Assembly (NCBI GenBank): GCA_964016885.1
Contig: OZ024741.1
Coordinates: forward strand, 366,916,001 to 366,980,000
Direction: 5' to 3'
Length of the DNA stretch: 64,000 nt
DNA from: Eledone cirrhosa
Lineage: Eukaryota
In this document: one piece after another, positions 51,485 through 63,862 of the stretch
Position numbering within the stretch: the stretch's first letter is position 1
How the letters are laid out: every line of letters begins with the position of its first letter
Notes under the pieces: model-generated
Databases searched by the model: none
Told to the model about the DNA's origin: nothing
Seen by the model: only the letters and a program-made list of their open reading frames with translations
Program-made: the position numbers and the translations under genes

Positions 51485-51703
51485 GGCAGTGATGGTGGCT
51501 ACAGTGGGGCCATAGGTGTTGTTGTTGGTGGTGGTGGTGGTGGTGGAGCTGGTATGGTGGCTACAGTGGGGCCATAGGTGTTGTTGTTGTTGGTGGTGGT
51601 GGTGGTGGTGGTGGTGGTGGTGGCAGTGATGGTGGCTACAGTGGGGCCATAGGTGTTGTTGTTGTTGGTGGTGGTGGTGGTGGAGCTGGTATGGTGGCAG
51701 TGG
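46746..51703. repeat. satellite unit B: GGCAGTGATGGTGGCTACAGTGGGGCCATAGGT(GTT)n(GGT)n
   Basis: Roughly 70 units with an almost invariant 33-nt core. Recurrent GGAGCTGGT(A)TGG variants. Confidence 0.97.
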
Positions 51704-52491
51704 TATCGGTTTCCTCTCAAGCTAATATATATAAAAAATTACATTCCAGTCATCACAAAACCCATCTTTTCATGCATTCTTTAACTGAGATTGTATTAAC
51801 TGTTATGTCCTTCTAGGAATATATATCATCATCATCATCATTTAATGTCTGCTTTTCCTGTTAGCAAGGGTTGGACAGGTCTTAACAGACTGAGTCAGTA
51901 CTTAAACTGAGCTACTGACTTTTCATATGGGTCAGCAGCCTGCATCTCTTACACACATTCCCACACTCTACTGAAGTCTCGAGAATGTATATATATATAA
52001 GTGTTTTTATGTATAGAAGACATTGAGACATTAACTAAAAAAAGCAATCAAAACATATACGTACACTATATGTGATGATGATTAGGATGATGTTGAGGAT
52101 GATGACAACAATGACAATGATAAAGATGTTGACAACAAAGATGATGCTGAAAGCAAAAATAGCTACAAAGCTAATTGAAAAATGTTTATAAGTATTTCAT
52201 TATTAGGACCGATAAAAAGTTCCAACAGAATTAGTGGATCTTTGTAGATATTCATCAAATTATTTGAGAAAGAAAAAGAAAATGGAAAAAATTAGAAGAA
52301 TATTGAATTAGAAAGCTAGACAGAAAATAATGCTGAAAAACTTCGCCCTTTCATGACTATATTTCTCTTTTTTTTACTCCGTATAAATTATTGGTGGTTT
52401 GAATAAAGTTATATTATATTTTTTGTGTTGGGCCATATTATATAGGATATGTACAAAAGTTTTAAGATTCTTTTTATTTTTTTTTCTTCGA

Positions 52492-52655
52492 ATAGGCATA
52501 GCTGTTTGGTTAAGGAGTTCACTTTGCAACCAAGTAGTTTCAGGTCCAGTCCCACTATGCAGTACCATGCACAAGTGTCTTCTACAATAGCCTTAGGTCG
52601 ATAAATGCCTTGTGAGCGAAATTTCAGAGTTGAAAAATGCATAGAAGTCTGTCAT
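52492..52655 (+). mobile_element. SINE family 2
   Basis: ATAGGCATAGCTGTTTGGTTAAG..GGTCCAGTCCC..AAGTGTCTTCTACAATAGCC. Confidence 0.7.
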
Positions 52656-52779
52656 ATATTCATTCATACATACATGCAGATGCTTCATAAGTAAACTAAT
52701 CTTGTTTATACATAAATAAATATATATATATATAGTTAGACATTCTCACACACACACACACATATACCCATGGTGACAG

Positions 52780-53725
52780 AATCTATCTAGGAGGGCAATG
52801 ATTCTGATTAAAAGCAACTGCATGTGGCAGATGTGTGCTCCATAAGTTGTAGTGAAGGCAACCCATCTAGGAGAGTAGGCACTCCAAATAAAAACAGACA
52901 CAGAGTGCAGTGGACTCTTGAGTCCAGTAAGACAACCTCTCTAGTGCTGGTGGCATAAATAATGTGCCCAGTCCACACAGTAAAGTGTTTGGTGATAGGA
53001 AGGGCATCCAGCCAGAAAAAAGACAAATATGTTTCTCACTAGTTGCGTATACAGGGCTAACATTAGTCATGTTAGTGCTGTGCACGGTAGGGGCGTCACT
53101 AGTATAGCCAAGTGCAAGAAGCCCTCAATCATCATCAAGCAATTGAACAACCCTTTTCCCTTTCAGATTCATAGAACCTCTATCCAAGGAAGAAACAAAT
53201 GGCAAGGTTTCAGGACTGCCACCCTCAATATTAGCACACTAAAAAGTAAATCAGGTGAAAATGTGGAGCTGTTAGAGAGGAGAGAAGTGGATATATGCTA
53301 TGTACAAGAGGTGAGATGGAGGGGTGCCTCAGCAAGACTACTGACAGGTAAACAGCAGAGATACAAGCGTTACTGGATAGGAAATGACGATAGGATCGGA
53401 GGTATAGGCATCTTACTAGCTGAGAAATGAATAAATAAGGTGATAGAAGTAGACTAAATGACAGAATTATCAAGCTTAGAATATCAGTAGGAAATAGAAT
53501 GGTGACAATTACATCTACCTATGCCCCACAGGAGGGACTGAGTAAAGAACAAAAAGATAAGTTCTATGAGGAACTTTTACAGACTACTTTGGGTACTGAT
53601 AAAGGTGACTTCATCATACTGGCAAGCGACTTCAATGGACATATGGGGCAGTACCAAGACTGATTCAGTGGAGTTCTTGGCAGCTCAAGAAATAAAGAGG
53701 GCTTGAGGCTCCTGGAATTCTGTAT
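52780..53725 (+). mobile_element. RTE LINE 5' UTR + apurinic-endonuclease (APE) domain fragment
   Basis: RTATLNISTLKSKS..VDICYVQEVRWRG..GGIGILL, then YAPQ, DFNGH and NKEGLRLLEFC, with stops and frameshifts. Confidence 0.85.
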
Positions 53726-53854
53726 ACCTCTAACACATTAGGTCTGTATATTTCGCTGCTCCCCCATCACCGCAGGACTTTGAAGAAATATCTGCAAAGC
53801 AGTATGTGCTTGTGCTACACACATAGATACGTGCATGTGTATGTATGTTTATGT

Positions 53855-53892
<38 letters not shown>

Positions 53893-54335
53893 GTGTGTGT
53901 GTGTGTGTGTACATAAGTGTGTGTCTGCGGTTGCATTTCTTATTTCTATCAACAAAAAGAGATCAATAAAATAAGTACCAGATTTGAAAAAAATACTACA
54001 ATGTTCCATATGATCAACTAATCCCCTTTAAGGCAGTGCCCCAGCATGGCTGTAGTGAAATGATTGAATTAAGTAAAATAATAAAAATATATATATGATT
54101 TGAAAAATCTAAAGGCTAGAATGATCTATATTCTTCTCAAGAGACTTAACCTTTGTCTACTGCAAGTGTTACTTTCAACCAACTGATTATACCAATTCTT
54201 AGAAACCCTATTGAGAGTTATCTGCAAATTTCTTTCTTTTAGAAGATTAATTCTGATGTTTAGCATGAAAATAACAAAAACAACAAAAATATCAATGTAA
54301 TAGAGATTGAAATTTCACGATCAAATTGACATTAA

Positions 54336-54797
54336 CCCTTTTGATATCAAACCACCTGAAACTACCCTTGATTCTTCTATGATACAAATCTGTTTATTTT
54401 AAAGTGTTTATATTTATCTAAAAAAAACTTCCCATTATAATTTTGTGTTCTAAACATCAGCTTAACCCTTTGACACCAGCCCAGCCAAAACTGGCTCAGT
54501 TTTTTAAAAACAAAACCACTCTTTTGAAATGGCTCTTATTTAAATTAATATCTTACAAGAGAACCACATGTTAAGTTACTATCTTAATAATGAAGTAATT
54601 ATTTATCTAAGTAAATCCCTCAAAATTATTCATTAATCAACTGAAAAAGAATGTATTCCATTAGAAATGTGGCAATAAAAGGATTAAAAATGAAAAAGTT
54701 AGTTATTTTACTTAACCTTTGCAAATTTTTGATTATTTTCAAAATTATTTGAAATCATAAGTAGTGTCTTTTATTAGAAATATAGTAATAGAAAGGG
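54336..54797 (+). mobile_element. TTAA-flanked MITE family B with a related MITE nested at an internal TTAA (54466-54683)
   Basis: TTAA|CCCTTT...AAAGGG|TTAA. The inner element is bounded by TTAA at 54462 and 54684, and the outer sequence resumes colinear with 59740-59770. Confidence 0.75.
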
Positions 54798-55589
54798 TTA
54801 AAATCAATTTTTACTTCTCATAGCAATGGAATATATATAACCTCATTATGTAACACATATAAACATCATATAAGTTTCATCTTAATTGTCAAATAAGAGC
54901 TTCGCAATCGCATTTCAATTTTTACAAAATTGCCTATAAAATATTACATACCTCAAATCTTGTGTGTTATATATTTCTATTTGTGATATTTATGATTAGA
55001 ATGTTATAATTATCATATGCTCTGTAATTATTGTATTTCGTGTTTTATAATTATTAAATAAGTATATTCTGTTTAGAATAGTTACACCATATCTCTGCAT
55101 GTCATAAGAATCAAGTAAAAAGGTTGGTGCCAGGAAGGACATCTGGCTGTAAAAGCATTGCCTCAAAAAGGGCCCCATGATGAGTATGAAGCCTTTCGAA
55201 AGGCCCATAACTTTAACGCCTGCTTTAGCAGGGAAATTGGTTTTAAAATGCTTGTTGCTGTTGTTATAATATTGTTGTTTTTTTCTTATTAAGGAAGACA
55301 GTATATAAAACTAAATGAAGACAAATTTTTATTAAATATATTTTCATCAGTTTCTATGATAATTATTCAGTTTTTATCAACTGAATTACCTGTTCTTTGA
55401 ATTAGCCCTAAAGTGGCCTGTGTGTTTCATAAACACATGTGTCCTTAATGTAAACCTTAGGGAGAATCTGTATAACAATGTGTGACAAAGCTGGACCTTT
55501 GAATTACAATCCATTTCACTGACTTCCACAGTTTCCATCAACCCAATTTCAATCATAAAGCTTAGGTAGGTCAACACAATTCCACAGTG

Positions 55590-55900
55590 CAGAGGTTCTC
55601 AAAGTGGGCGTACCCCCCCCCCCCCCTTAAAGTTGAGACGGTCGGGAGGGAGGGGTAGAGATGATATAATAGTATATTAAATTTCATACTGTATATTATA
55701 GTAAAATAAAAAATATATATAACATTTATTTATACATAATATATATTATATTATTTATTATATATAAATTAATGATTTTATTTATTATATATTATTTACA
55801 ATTTGCGTGTAGGCAGGTCTGTCTGGAAATATGGGCGGGGTGCTGAGGGTATTGCATGGCCATGAGTGGGGCAGTGGCTCAAAAAGTTTGAGAACCTCTG
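55590..55900. mobile_element. hAT-like MITE inserted in a SINE family 2 copy
   Basis: 14-bp TIR CAGAGGTTCTCAAA/TTTGAGAACCTCTG with degenerate 8-bp TSD CCACAGTG/TTATAGTG. Confidence 0.8.
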
Positions 55901-56294
55901 TTATAGTGGGTTAGAACTAAGACCTTGAGATTGTGAAGCCAGCTTCTTAATTCCTTCAATACCAAACTGCTTTACGATATAAGACTTTATTTTAAAGTGT
56001 TTATATTTATCTAAAAACTTCCGTCATAACTTTTGTTATGTTCCAAACAATAGCTTAATAATAAGAAAATTATATTACTCCAAATTTTTTATTATTTTCA
56101 AAATTATTTGAAAATTATAGGCAGTGTCTTTCATTAGAAACATAAGAAAATTGTTAACCATTCAAGGTGTTAACATTTTCAATCCAATTCTGCAAATGTT
56201 CACAATGATCTCTCCACTAGTAAAGTTACTATAAAATTAACAAATGCATTTTTAGATATTTTCTACTAAATCATTTCAAGATGTTAAGAATTAA

Positions 56295-56513
56295 CCCATT
56301 AGCATTTAAACTGGCTGTTTGTGGCCAGAATTCTCTACCTCTTTCTATTCAAACCGGCTGTAACTGGCCACTCACACTGATGTTAAGGTATTGTTCTCAA
56401 AATAAATAATATCAAAATCTCATAGATTCAATATTATGTGAGAAAATTATGTGAGGTAGAGTCTCTACTGTGAAAATACAATAGTAAATATAAAAAATGT
56501 AAATGCTAAAGAG
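56295..56513 (+). mobile_element. MITE family A
   Basis: TTAA|CCCATTAGCATTTA..TAAATGCTAAAGAG|TTAA. Confidence 0.85.
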
Positions 56514-56929
56514 TTAAAGTCTTCACTCTAATACTGCAAATTTTCACAAAAATGTGTTTACTAGTAATGATACTTTAAACATTTGAATTAATAAATCCAC
56601 TTTTTGATATTTTCTGTTAAATCATTACAGGATGTTAAGAGCTGAATGGAAAATGTAGGTTATAAATGTGTGGCTAAGTCAATACAATGTTTCTCATTCA
56701 TTGTAAACAGTAGGATATTTCAGTAGGCCATCCACGTTCATTGGTTATATTATAAATACAGTATATATGTGTTCACTCTAAACTGTTGATTCTTTCAATC
56801 AAAGAAACAGTTGTGAATGCTTGTCTCTATTCCCAATGACAACTAAAGTTCTTTATTTTGTACTGTGAAATTAACTTAACTCTTTTGAAAATAAATTGTC
56901 TGAAATTGACCCTGGTTCTACAATATCAA

Positions 56930-57157
56930 CCCTTTAGGATTTACATTACTCTATATATACTATTGTATTTACTATTGTATTTTCACGGTAAAGGCTTTAC
57001 TTCACATAATTATCTAGTATCGAATCTACGAGATTTTGATGTTATTTATTTTGAGACAAATACTATAACATATGTATGAACAGCCAGTTATGACCGGTTT
57101 GAACAGAAAGAGGTGAGAGAATTCTGGCCTGATACAGCCGGTTTAAATGCTAAAGGG
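56930..57157 (-). mobile_element. MITE family A
   Basis: CCCTTTAGGATTTA..TAAATGCTAAAGGG|TTAA. Confidence 0.85.
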
Positions 57158-57519
57158 TTAAGCTTAAAAAAAAAAAGAGAGAGGGACATTAGATAATATA
57201 AATCTAGATACACTGTGTCTGAAAAAGAAAACAGACAGGATGGTCTACTTGATAGAGGTTGACCTGTGACTAATCAACAACAACAATAAAAATTTATCTT
57301 TGAATGATTCTATGTGATTGATCAACCTGCTGGAAAAAACAATTAAATCTCCCTAAAATCACATCCTGTTGACTTTAAAAAAGTAGGAATGGCACATTGC
57401 GCAATGTAGATCTGGAGACATTAACTGTGAATCAAATAAGAAGGGAAGGTTAATGATGGAACGTCATTGATCATATAACTCCTCATGATCAGTGAATAAC
57501 AAACAATAGCAGCAACATT

Positions 57520-57948
57520 TCTTCTTCTTCTTCTTCTTCTTCTTCTTCTTCTTCTTCTTCCTGGGAGGGTTGTAGGAGCAGAGTCCTCAAGTATGCCTTC
57601 CTGTCTCCAATTGATCTGGCTGGATCCCTAAGCATGACCAGCCAAGCTCATGGGTTTTATCCAACCATCTTTCTCGGGGTCAACTCCTGGGTCTCCTGCC
57701 AGTTGGTTTTGCCCGTAAAATCTGTCCAGTGATTCTTTTCTGAGACATTCTAATCACATGTCCATAGTATCAGAGCTGTGATCTCTCAATTCGGAGAAGT
57801 AGCAGCTCTACCTGGAGCGACTATGATCTCTATGCTACGCACTCTATTGAGTAACATTACTCCAAAGACCCTTCAGAAGAATCCCATTTCAGCTGCTTGT
57901 ATTCGCGATCATATTCTTTCGGTCATTACCAAAGATTTATGACCATAG
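57520..57948 (-). mobile_element. RTE LINE 3' fragment with (AAG)n tail
   Basis: Minus translation YGHKSLVMTERI..RIQAAEMGF..YYGHVIRM..KPTGRRPR. (TTC)n at 57520-57560. Confidence 0.8.
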
Positions 57949-58069
57949 AAAATAAATACTATTTTTATTTGAAATGTAATCATCTCAATGTAAATGACTA
58001 TATTAATAATCAATCACTGTAAATAATAGTTGAGAAAATCAAATAAAACACCCCTGGAGGGAGAAAAAG

Positions 58070-58140
58070 TGGACAGAGGAATCAAACCCTGTATTTCACG
58101 GACACCAGGCAAGTGCATCAACCATTACACTAAGGGGTTC
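58070..58140 (-). pseudogene. tRNA-like head (SINE remnant or tRNA pseudogene)
   Basis: A box TAGTGTAATGG and B box GGTTTGATTCC at tRNA-like spacing. No convincing acceptor stem. Confidence 0.35.
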
Positions 58141-59162
58141 CTGGTTGCTGATGGCTGTCTTTTAGAAGATTTTAAGCCTGTAATAAGGTTTGTGAACATT
58201 TGGTTGACTTAAGAAACATTGTAAAAATTTGAAAATTTTAAATGTAGTTGTCCCATTGTAAATGAATATAATAACAATTGATCACTATAAATATTTTATT
58301 GATCCCTATAAATAGTTTATACATATTTCAAATATATTGCTAGTGGAATATCTTCTTCATTTTGTTATCCTCTCAATTTTCGAACTCACTCACTGCATTT
58401 CATTTTCAATTAATTTTAATTATTAACATGCTATGGTTGCCCCCCCCCCCCCCCCCCCCCACACACACACCTATCATTTCCTTCTTTTTGAGGATTAGTC
58501 ATTTAGAAAACTATTGTTTTCATGACTGACAAATGTTTTAGGGTAATTTTCCTTGCTAAAGCAGGAGTTAACCTTGCAAGCCCCATGATAGGTTTCATAC
58601 TCATCATAGGTTCCTTCTCTGAGGTAATGTTTTACAACCAGATACCCTTCTTGGTGCCAACCGTTTCTGTCACCTGCAAGGATACAGTATATTTATTCTA
58701 AACCAGACACACAAAGGGTATAATTGCAATCAATTAGAATTTCTTGCAATGTTACATCAAGTAAACTAGTAGCTACTTTACTACAAATTTCCTATCATTA
58801 TTGAGAATGTTTGTTAACAAAATGTATTCATTCAAATGTGATTTTTGTTTTTGTTTTTTTTTGCTTTTGCTTTTGCTGTTTTTTTTTAGATAGCTCATGC
58901 AATAGCTATTTTTCAGATATATCTTGTAGTAGTTATAAGATGGAATCACAGTACAAAAATTTGCTGCTGTTTTTTAGCTCCGGGTTAATTTTAATCAAAG
59001 GAATTTTAGAAAACATCATCCTATGGTGTATTTTTATCAGAGCATGATGGATCTTCTATCAGTTTCAACAGTGGGCATTTATTTGTTCGATCAACTGAAC
59101 ATATCTCATTAAATTCACATGCCAGTCGCTGAGTATTCCACTGATATGTACACCACCCTTAA

Positions 59163-59357
59163 CCATTTAACATTTAAACCAGCCAGAATTCGGTCACCTC
59201 TTTCTGTTCAAACTGGCAACTCATACTGATGTTAAGGTATGGTTCTCAAAATAAATAATACAAAATCTCATAGATTTGATATACGACATAATAATGTGAG
59301 GTAGGGCCTTTACCATGAAAATATAATAGTATATAGAGTAATGTAAATGCTAAAGGG
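59163..59357 (+). mobile_element. MITE family A (eroded)
   Basis: TTAA|CCATTTAACATTTA..TAAATGCTAAAGGG. Confidence 0.75.
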
Positions 59358-59602
59358 TTCATGTAATTCACAAAGTTTGGTCAATAGAATTGATTTGGAA
59401 TGTCATGACTGCAAAGCAAACCTTTTAACCATCAAGCCTTGTCTGTTTACTTTTTTCCATTTTCAAGCAGAGCATATTTAAGATTACTTTATAAAACATG
59501 TCCTTTCTTTTTTTTAAGGATAGTAAGGTATAATATGAAGGACATTTGGCTGCTATTTCTAACTGGTTAAGTATTCAGTATTACTTCTTTTGTATGACTT
59601 AA

Positions 59603-59854
59603 CTCTTCAGATACCAAACTGGCTGAATATGCCCATAGTTCTACAATACTAAGCTATTTATTTCAGTGTTTTATTTATCTAAAAACCTTCCATCATAATT
59701 TTATGTAAGAACCCGTTGTTAAGCTATGCTCCAAACACCAACTTACTAACGAGAAAGTTAGTTATTTTAGTAAAAACCTCAGAATTCTTGGTTATTTCCA
59801 AAATTATTTGAAAATCATTGGCAGTCTTTCATTAGAAATATAGGAGTGAAAGAG
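59603..59854 (+). mobile_element. MITE family B
   Basis: TTAA|CTCTT...AAGAG|TTAA. Colinear with 54336-54797. Confidence 0.75.
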
Positions 59855-60689
59855 TTAAATACTCATTTACATGTATTTTATATATGTAAATGAGTATATA
59901 TATGTATAATTATAGTCTTCATATGAAGATTGACCAAAAATTGTTACTAATACATATATTTTTTGTAGTATAGTCTTTAGTAAATGTGTCATCTCTTTTA
60001 TCTCTTGTTCTTGTACAACTACAAATGTAGGCTGAAAAAACTCTCTTTATACTCTTTTATCCAATCTTTAATATCTGAGTCAAAAATATATTTTTCTATT
60101 CTTCACTTTCTTATTTATACCCTTTATATCTATACATTCCTTCTACGTTTCTATAGTTGAAAAGAAAACTGATTGTTGCTGTTGTTATTGCTGTTACTGA
60201 TGTTGTTGTTGCTGTTGTTGTTGCTGTTGTTGTTGCTGATGTTGTTGTCATTGAAGATTATCCTGCATTAACTTTCTTTGAATAAGACAAAGATAGAGAA
60301 GTGATAACTACATAAGGATATCTTGGACTTACAGATGTAAATGGCTATCTGTTGGTTTCAATGAAGAACATTCAAATTGTTTGATTAACAGAATGGTCTA
60401 CTCATTGAAATAGTGTGTAGGATGTGAAATATTTCACAGACATCTTAACCCATTCTCAACTATATTCCTAATGAAATACAATCTGTTCAATTAACTGCTG
60501 AAGAATTTTTAGGGATTTACAAAATTATTATTTATTTAATTACTTTGATCATAACTCAACACATGGTTAATAAAAAAAAATAATGTTGGAAGATTTTAAT
60601 TTAAATAGAAACCCCTTATAATGGGTGATTTTCCTTTATAATTTTGGCTGTAATTCTCAGTCAGAATCAGTGTGACCCTATGTAACAAA

Positions 60690-62260
60690 ACTGACACTAG
60701 ATGTAACAGGTACAATCCATCCAAAAGACACTCTTATATGGCTTTCAAGAGAATTGGAGAACCAAGAATGCAAGTGGGATCTTTAGACAGTAACCAAACC
60801 CTCGACAAGATGGGATGGATGCTGAGTACAGCATCGTGGAATTCAGCCTCTCCGTAGCTAATGTTTACCACCTCGGACTTGGATGGGTTGATCTTGAGTC
60901 TGGGGAGCTTTAGAGCTAGGATGATTGGCCAAAGATCCTAACTACCACCTCAGCCAAGCCACCCAGGGCTGCATTGTCCATGTATCAAACATTGAAGGGT
61001 AATCGGACAGAGCGGGCAACATCGTCAACTGCCAGTGAAAAGAGGAGTGGGCCAAGTGGGTCTCCTTGCTGGACACCCATAGCGGAAGTAACTTTGTTGT
61101 CAGCAGCCATGAGTATGCTTGGTCTTCCGTACGAGAGGTGAGCATGAGGGTAAATTGAGGGGTTTGTCTGAGATGTGATCCTGCCTAACACTGTTAAAGG
61201 AATTTCTCATGTTCAGCTTCACAAGGAGGTGGGGGTGATGAAGAAGGCGCATGTTCTATAAAGTGTCTGACTGTATGAGCTGCCAGCTCACATCCACACT
61301 TCATTCCCACACCAAGCTGGATAGGGCTTAACGGCTTGCTCAGGATGTTCTTGACTGACTTGCAAGCTATCTTGGCAGCAAGTTGTCGGAAGACATTGCC
61401 CACTGTGATGAAGCAGATGCCCCCATCATTCTTCCTCAGAGCGGCCAGAATGACTGAGAAGAAGACATCACAGGTATGGCAGGGCAAGTTGCTGTGGAGA
61501 AGACAGTTGGGGATAACTGTGATCGACTGGAACAATCATGTTCCTGCCTCAGCAGCTTAAGGCGAGATCATGGTCTCTGAGGTGGCTGGGGTGCAGGCCA
61601 TCCACTCCACCACTACTGCTCCCTGGGAAGGATCTGAAGGTAGCTACTACGCCCTCACTAGATGCAGCCAGAGCTAAGATGTCCCTGATGTCAGCTGGGG
61701 AGTTTGGGTGTTTGTGGAGAAGCACTGATAGTACAGTATTGCTTGAGACCAGTACACGTACCGTAGTCGAAGAGTTGCCCTCAATTAGTTTGAGGTGAAC
61801 TATGTCCCAAAGACGTTTTGTGCAGTCGGAAGTAGACTATGTACACTGTATTGGCACTGGTGGGCAGCACGAGAGGACCGAGAGGCTCGCAGAAAGTGAT
61901 ATTGTTCAATGCCTCAAAGTCAGCAAGGGGTCCAATCTCTTCCCCACAGTTGGGTTCCCTGCTATCAGGATCCCGAGTGCAAGGGTCACAAAACTGAACA
62001 GTTTTGTCCAGTCTTGCGGGCTGCCTGAGTCAAGTCTTGATTGATGGACAATGTTGGTGCTTTGGCCAAGAAAGTTTGGGCAGCTTTGAGGATTCTGATG
62101 ATGACTCTCCGTGACTACCTTCAGCGAGAGATTGTCACGAGGGCCTCGTCCGGGTCTAGCAAGTCCAGGTCCCTAGTAGTTCCTTCCATCATTGGTTGGG
62201 TGGTAGTAGCAGCAGTACAGGATGGGAATAATGATAATAAATGGGTTCTTGGGGCAGTCT
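60690..62260 (-). mobile_element. CRE-like (RLE-type) non-LTR retrotransposon RT fragment, decayed
   Basis: LRKNDGGICFITVGNVFRQLAAK, PIQLGVGMKCGCE, GVQQGDPLGPLLFSL, FNV*YMDNA (WYLDD-like), ILGSPI. Confidence 0.8.
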
Positions 62261-62312
62261 GAGATGGAGGGGGGGGGGGCAGAGAGATATGACTGCTTCA
62301 GAGTAATTGGAG

Positions 62313-62359
62313 AGGTAGTAGTAGTAGTAGTAATAGTAGTAGTAGTGGTGGTGGTGATG

Positions 62360-62428
<69 letters not shown>
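62313..62428. repeat. (TAG)n/(TGG)n microsatellite
   Basis: Direct reading. Confidence 0.95.
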
Positions 62429-62429
<1 letters not shown>

Positions 62430-62905
62430 ATGTTGACAGTGATGATGTTTTGTCTCTTAAGGTAGTTTGAGGAAGTAGCAAATTTGAAAAGCTGAAATGT
62501 GAAGGATAGTTGTTGTTATCGACCTGGTCACTCTGTTAGTATGTTGATTTTGTTCTCTGACCATTTTTTTAATTATTAGTTTTGGAGACATGTTGTCTAG
62601 TCATCCTCTTATATCTTTTCTTCTTTTCTGTTCTTTACTGTCCCCCTCACCCCTCTCTCTCTCTCTCTTTCATGTGTGTGTGAATGTGTGGGTGTCTGAT
62701 TCCTGTGTGGATATTCAGGAGCAAGGTTTGTGCAGAAATTTGTTTCAATAATGAGAAATTTGTACTTACAGAATTCGTAGACAAAAATATTTAGTTAGAA
62801 AATAAACCAATGGCTTTGAATTGCCATCACTTATTCGGTATCCATTATATATAGTATTTGTTACAATCCTCAACATTAAATACAGAGAGAGCACACACAT
62901 AATAT

Positions 62906-63862
62906 ACTAGACATGAAAAATGCGCAAGCTCAAAAGTGCCACAGAATGTTATAATAAACCTTCAAAAGTGTGGGACTAGAGTTGTTGCTAAAAAATATTG
63001 TAATCATTATATATCGTACATTCTGTGGCATCCTTTATAAAAATAGCTTAAACCAACGAAGCCTTTATTTTTACGCTATTTCACTTAGTTAATTCTTAGA
63101 GTGTAACATATAAAAATATGATTTACAACTATAAAATAAATTAATTAATATAATAACAGAGCTGCGGAGCTGAAATTTAGGAAATAATGGAGTATCGGAT
63201 CCTGAGTTGGAGCCAGTCAATTTTTGGCCGACTCCGCAGCCCTGTATAATACATTTCATATTAAAGTTATTAATAAACCTATTTTACACTTCATGCAAAT
63301 TACCACGAGATATTGATATTAGATATAAGATACAGCGCAATATCTACAGCTGTAAAAGTACGAAAGCGAAGTAATAATAAGTGGCTTAAGGTAATTCCAA
63401 TATGAAAGTTTGTAGTGATAAAAATTTGATAATGCAATACGATTGTTAATATTATAGTTCTATGAAAATGTAACAATAGATAACTAAATTATTTTACTAT
63501 TAGTATATTTAAGAAATTATCATTATAGATTTGATCGTTCATATAAGCATCATATTAAGTTTCAACACAATTATTTTGTTACTATGAGTATATGATAATA
63601 ATATTACGTAATTATTTATAGCTGTTATTACATTAAACATAGATGTATTTATTTTTATATGTTACACTCTAAGAATTAACTAAGTGAAATAGCGTAAAAA
63701 TAAAGGCTTCGTTGGTTTAAGCTATTTTTATAAAGGATGCCACAGAATGTACGATATATAATGATTACAATATTTTTTAGCAACAACTCTAGTCCCACAC
63801 TTTTGAAGGTTTATTATAACATTCTGTGGCACTTTTGAGCTTGCGCATTTTTCATGTCTAGT
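62906..63862. mobile_element. non-autonomous DNA element with perfect 213-bp terminal inverted repeats
   Basis: 62906-63118 is the exact reverse complement of 63650-63862. Each arm contains the inverted 13-mer TGCCACAGAATGT/ACATTCTGTGGCA. Confidence 0.88.
63157..63244. mobile_element. tiny hAT-like MITE inside the long-TIR element
   Basis: CAGAGCTGCGGAG...CTCCGCAGCCCTG with flanks TATAATAA/TATAATAC (7/8 match). Confidence 0.7.

Noticed and set aside
46746-51703. CRISPR-like array (constant 33-nt repeat with variable spacers)
   Set aside because: Spacers are only (GTT)n(GGT)m runs, not unique sequences. There are no cas genes and the context is eukaryotic.
58070-58140. Functional tRNA gene
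   Set aside because: A and B boxes are present, but the acceptor and anticodon stems do not pair convincingly.
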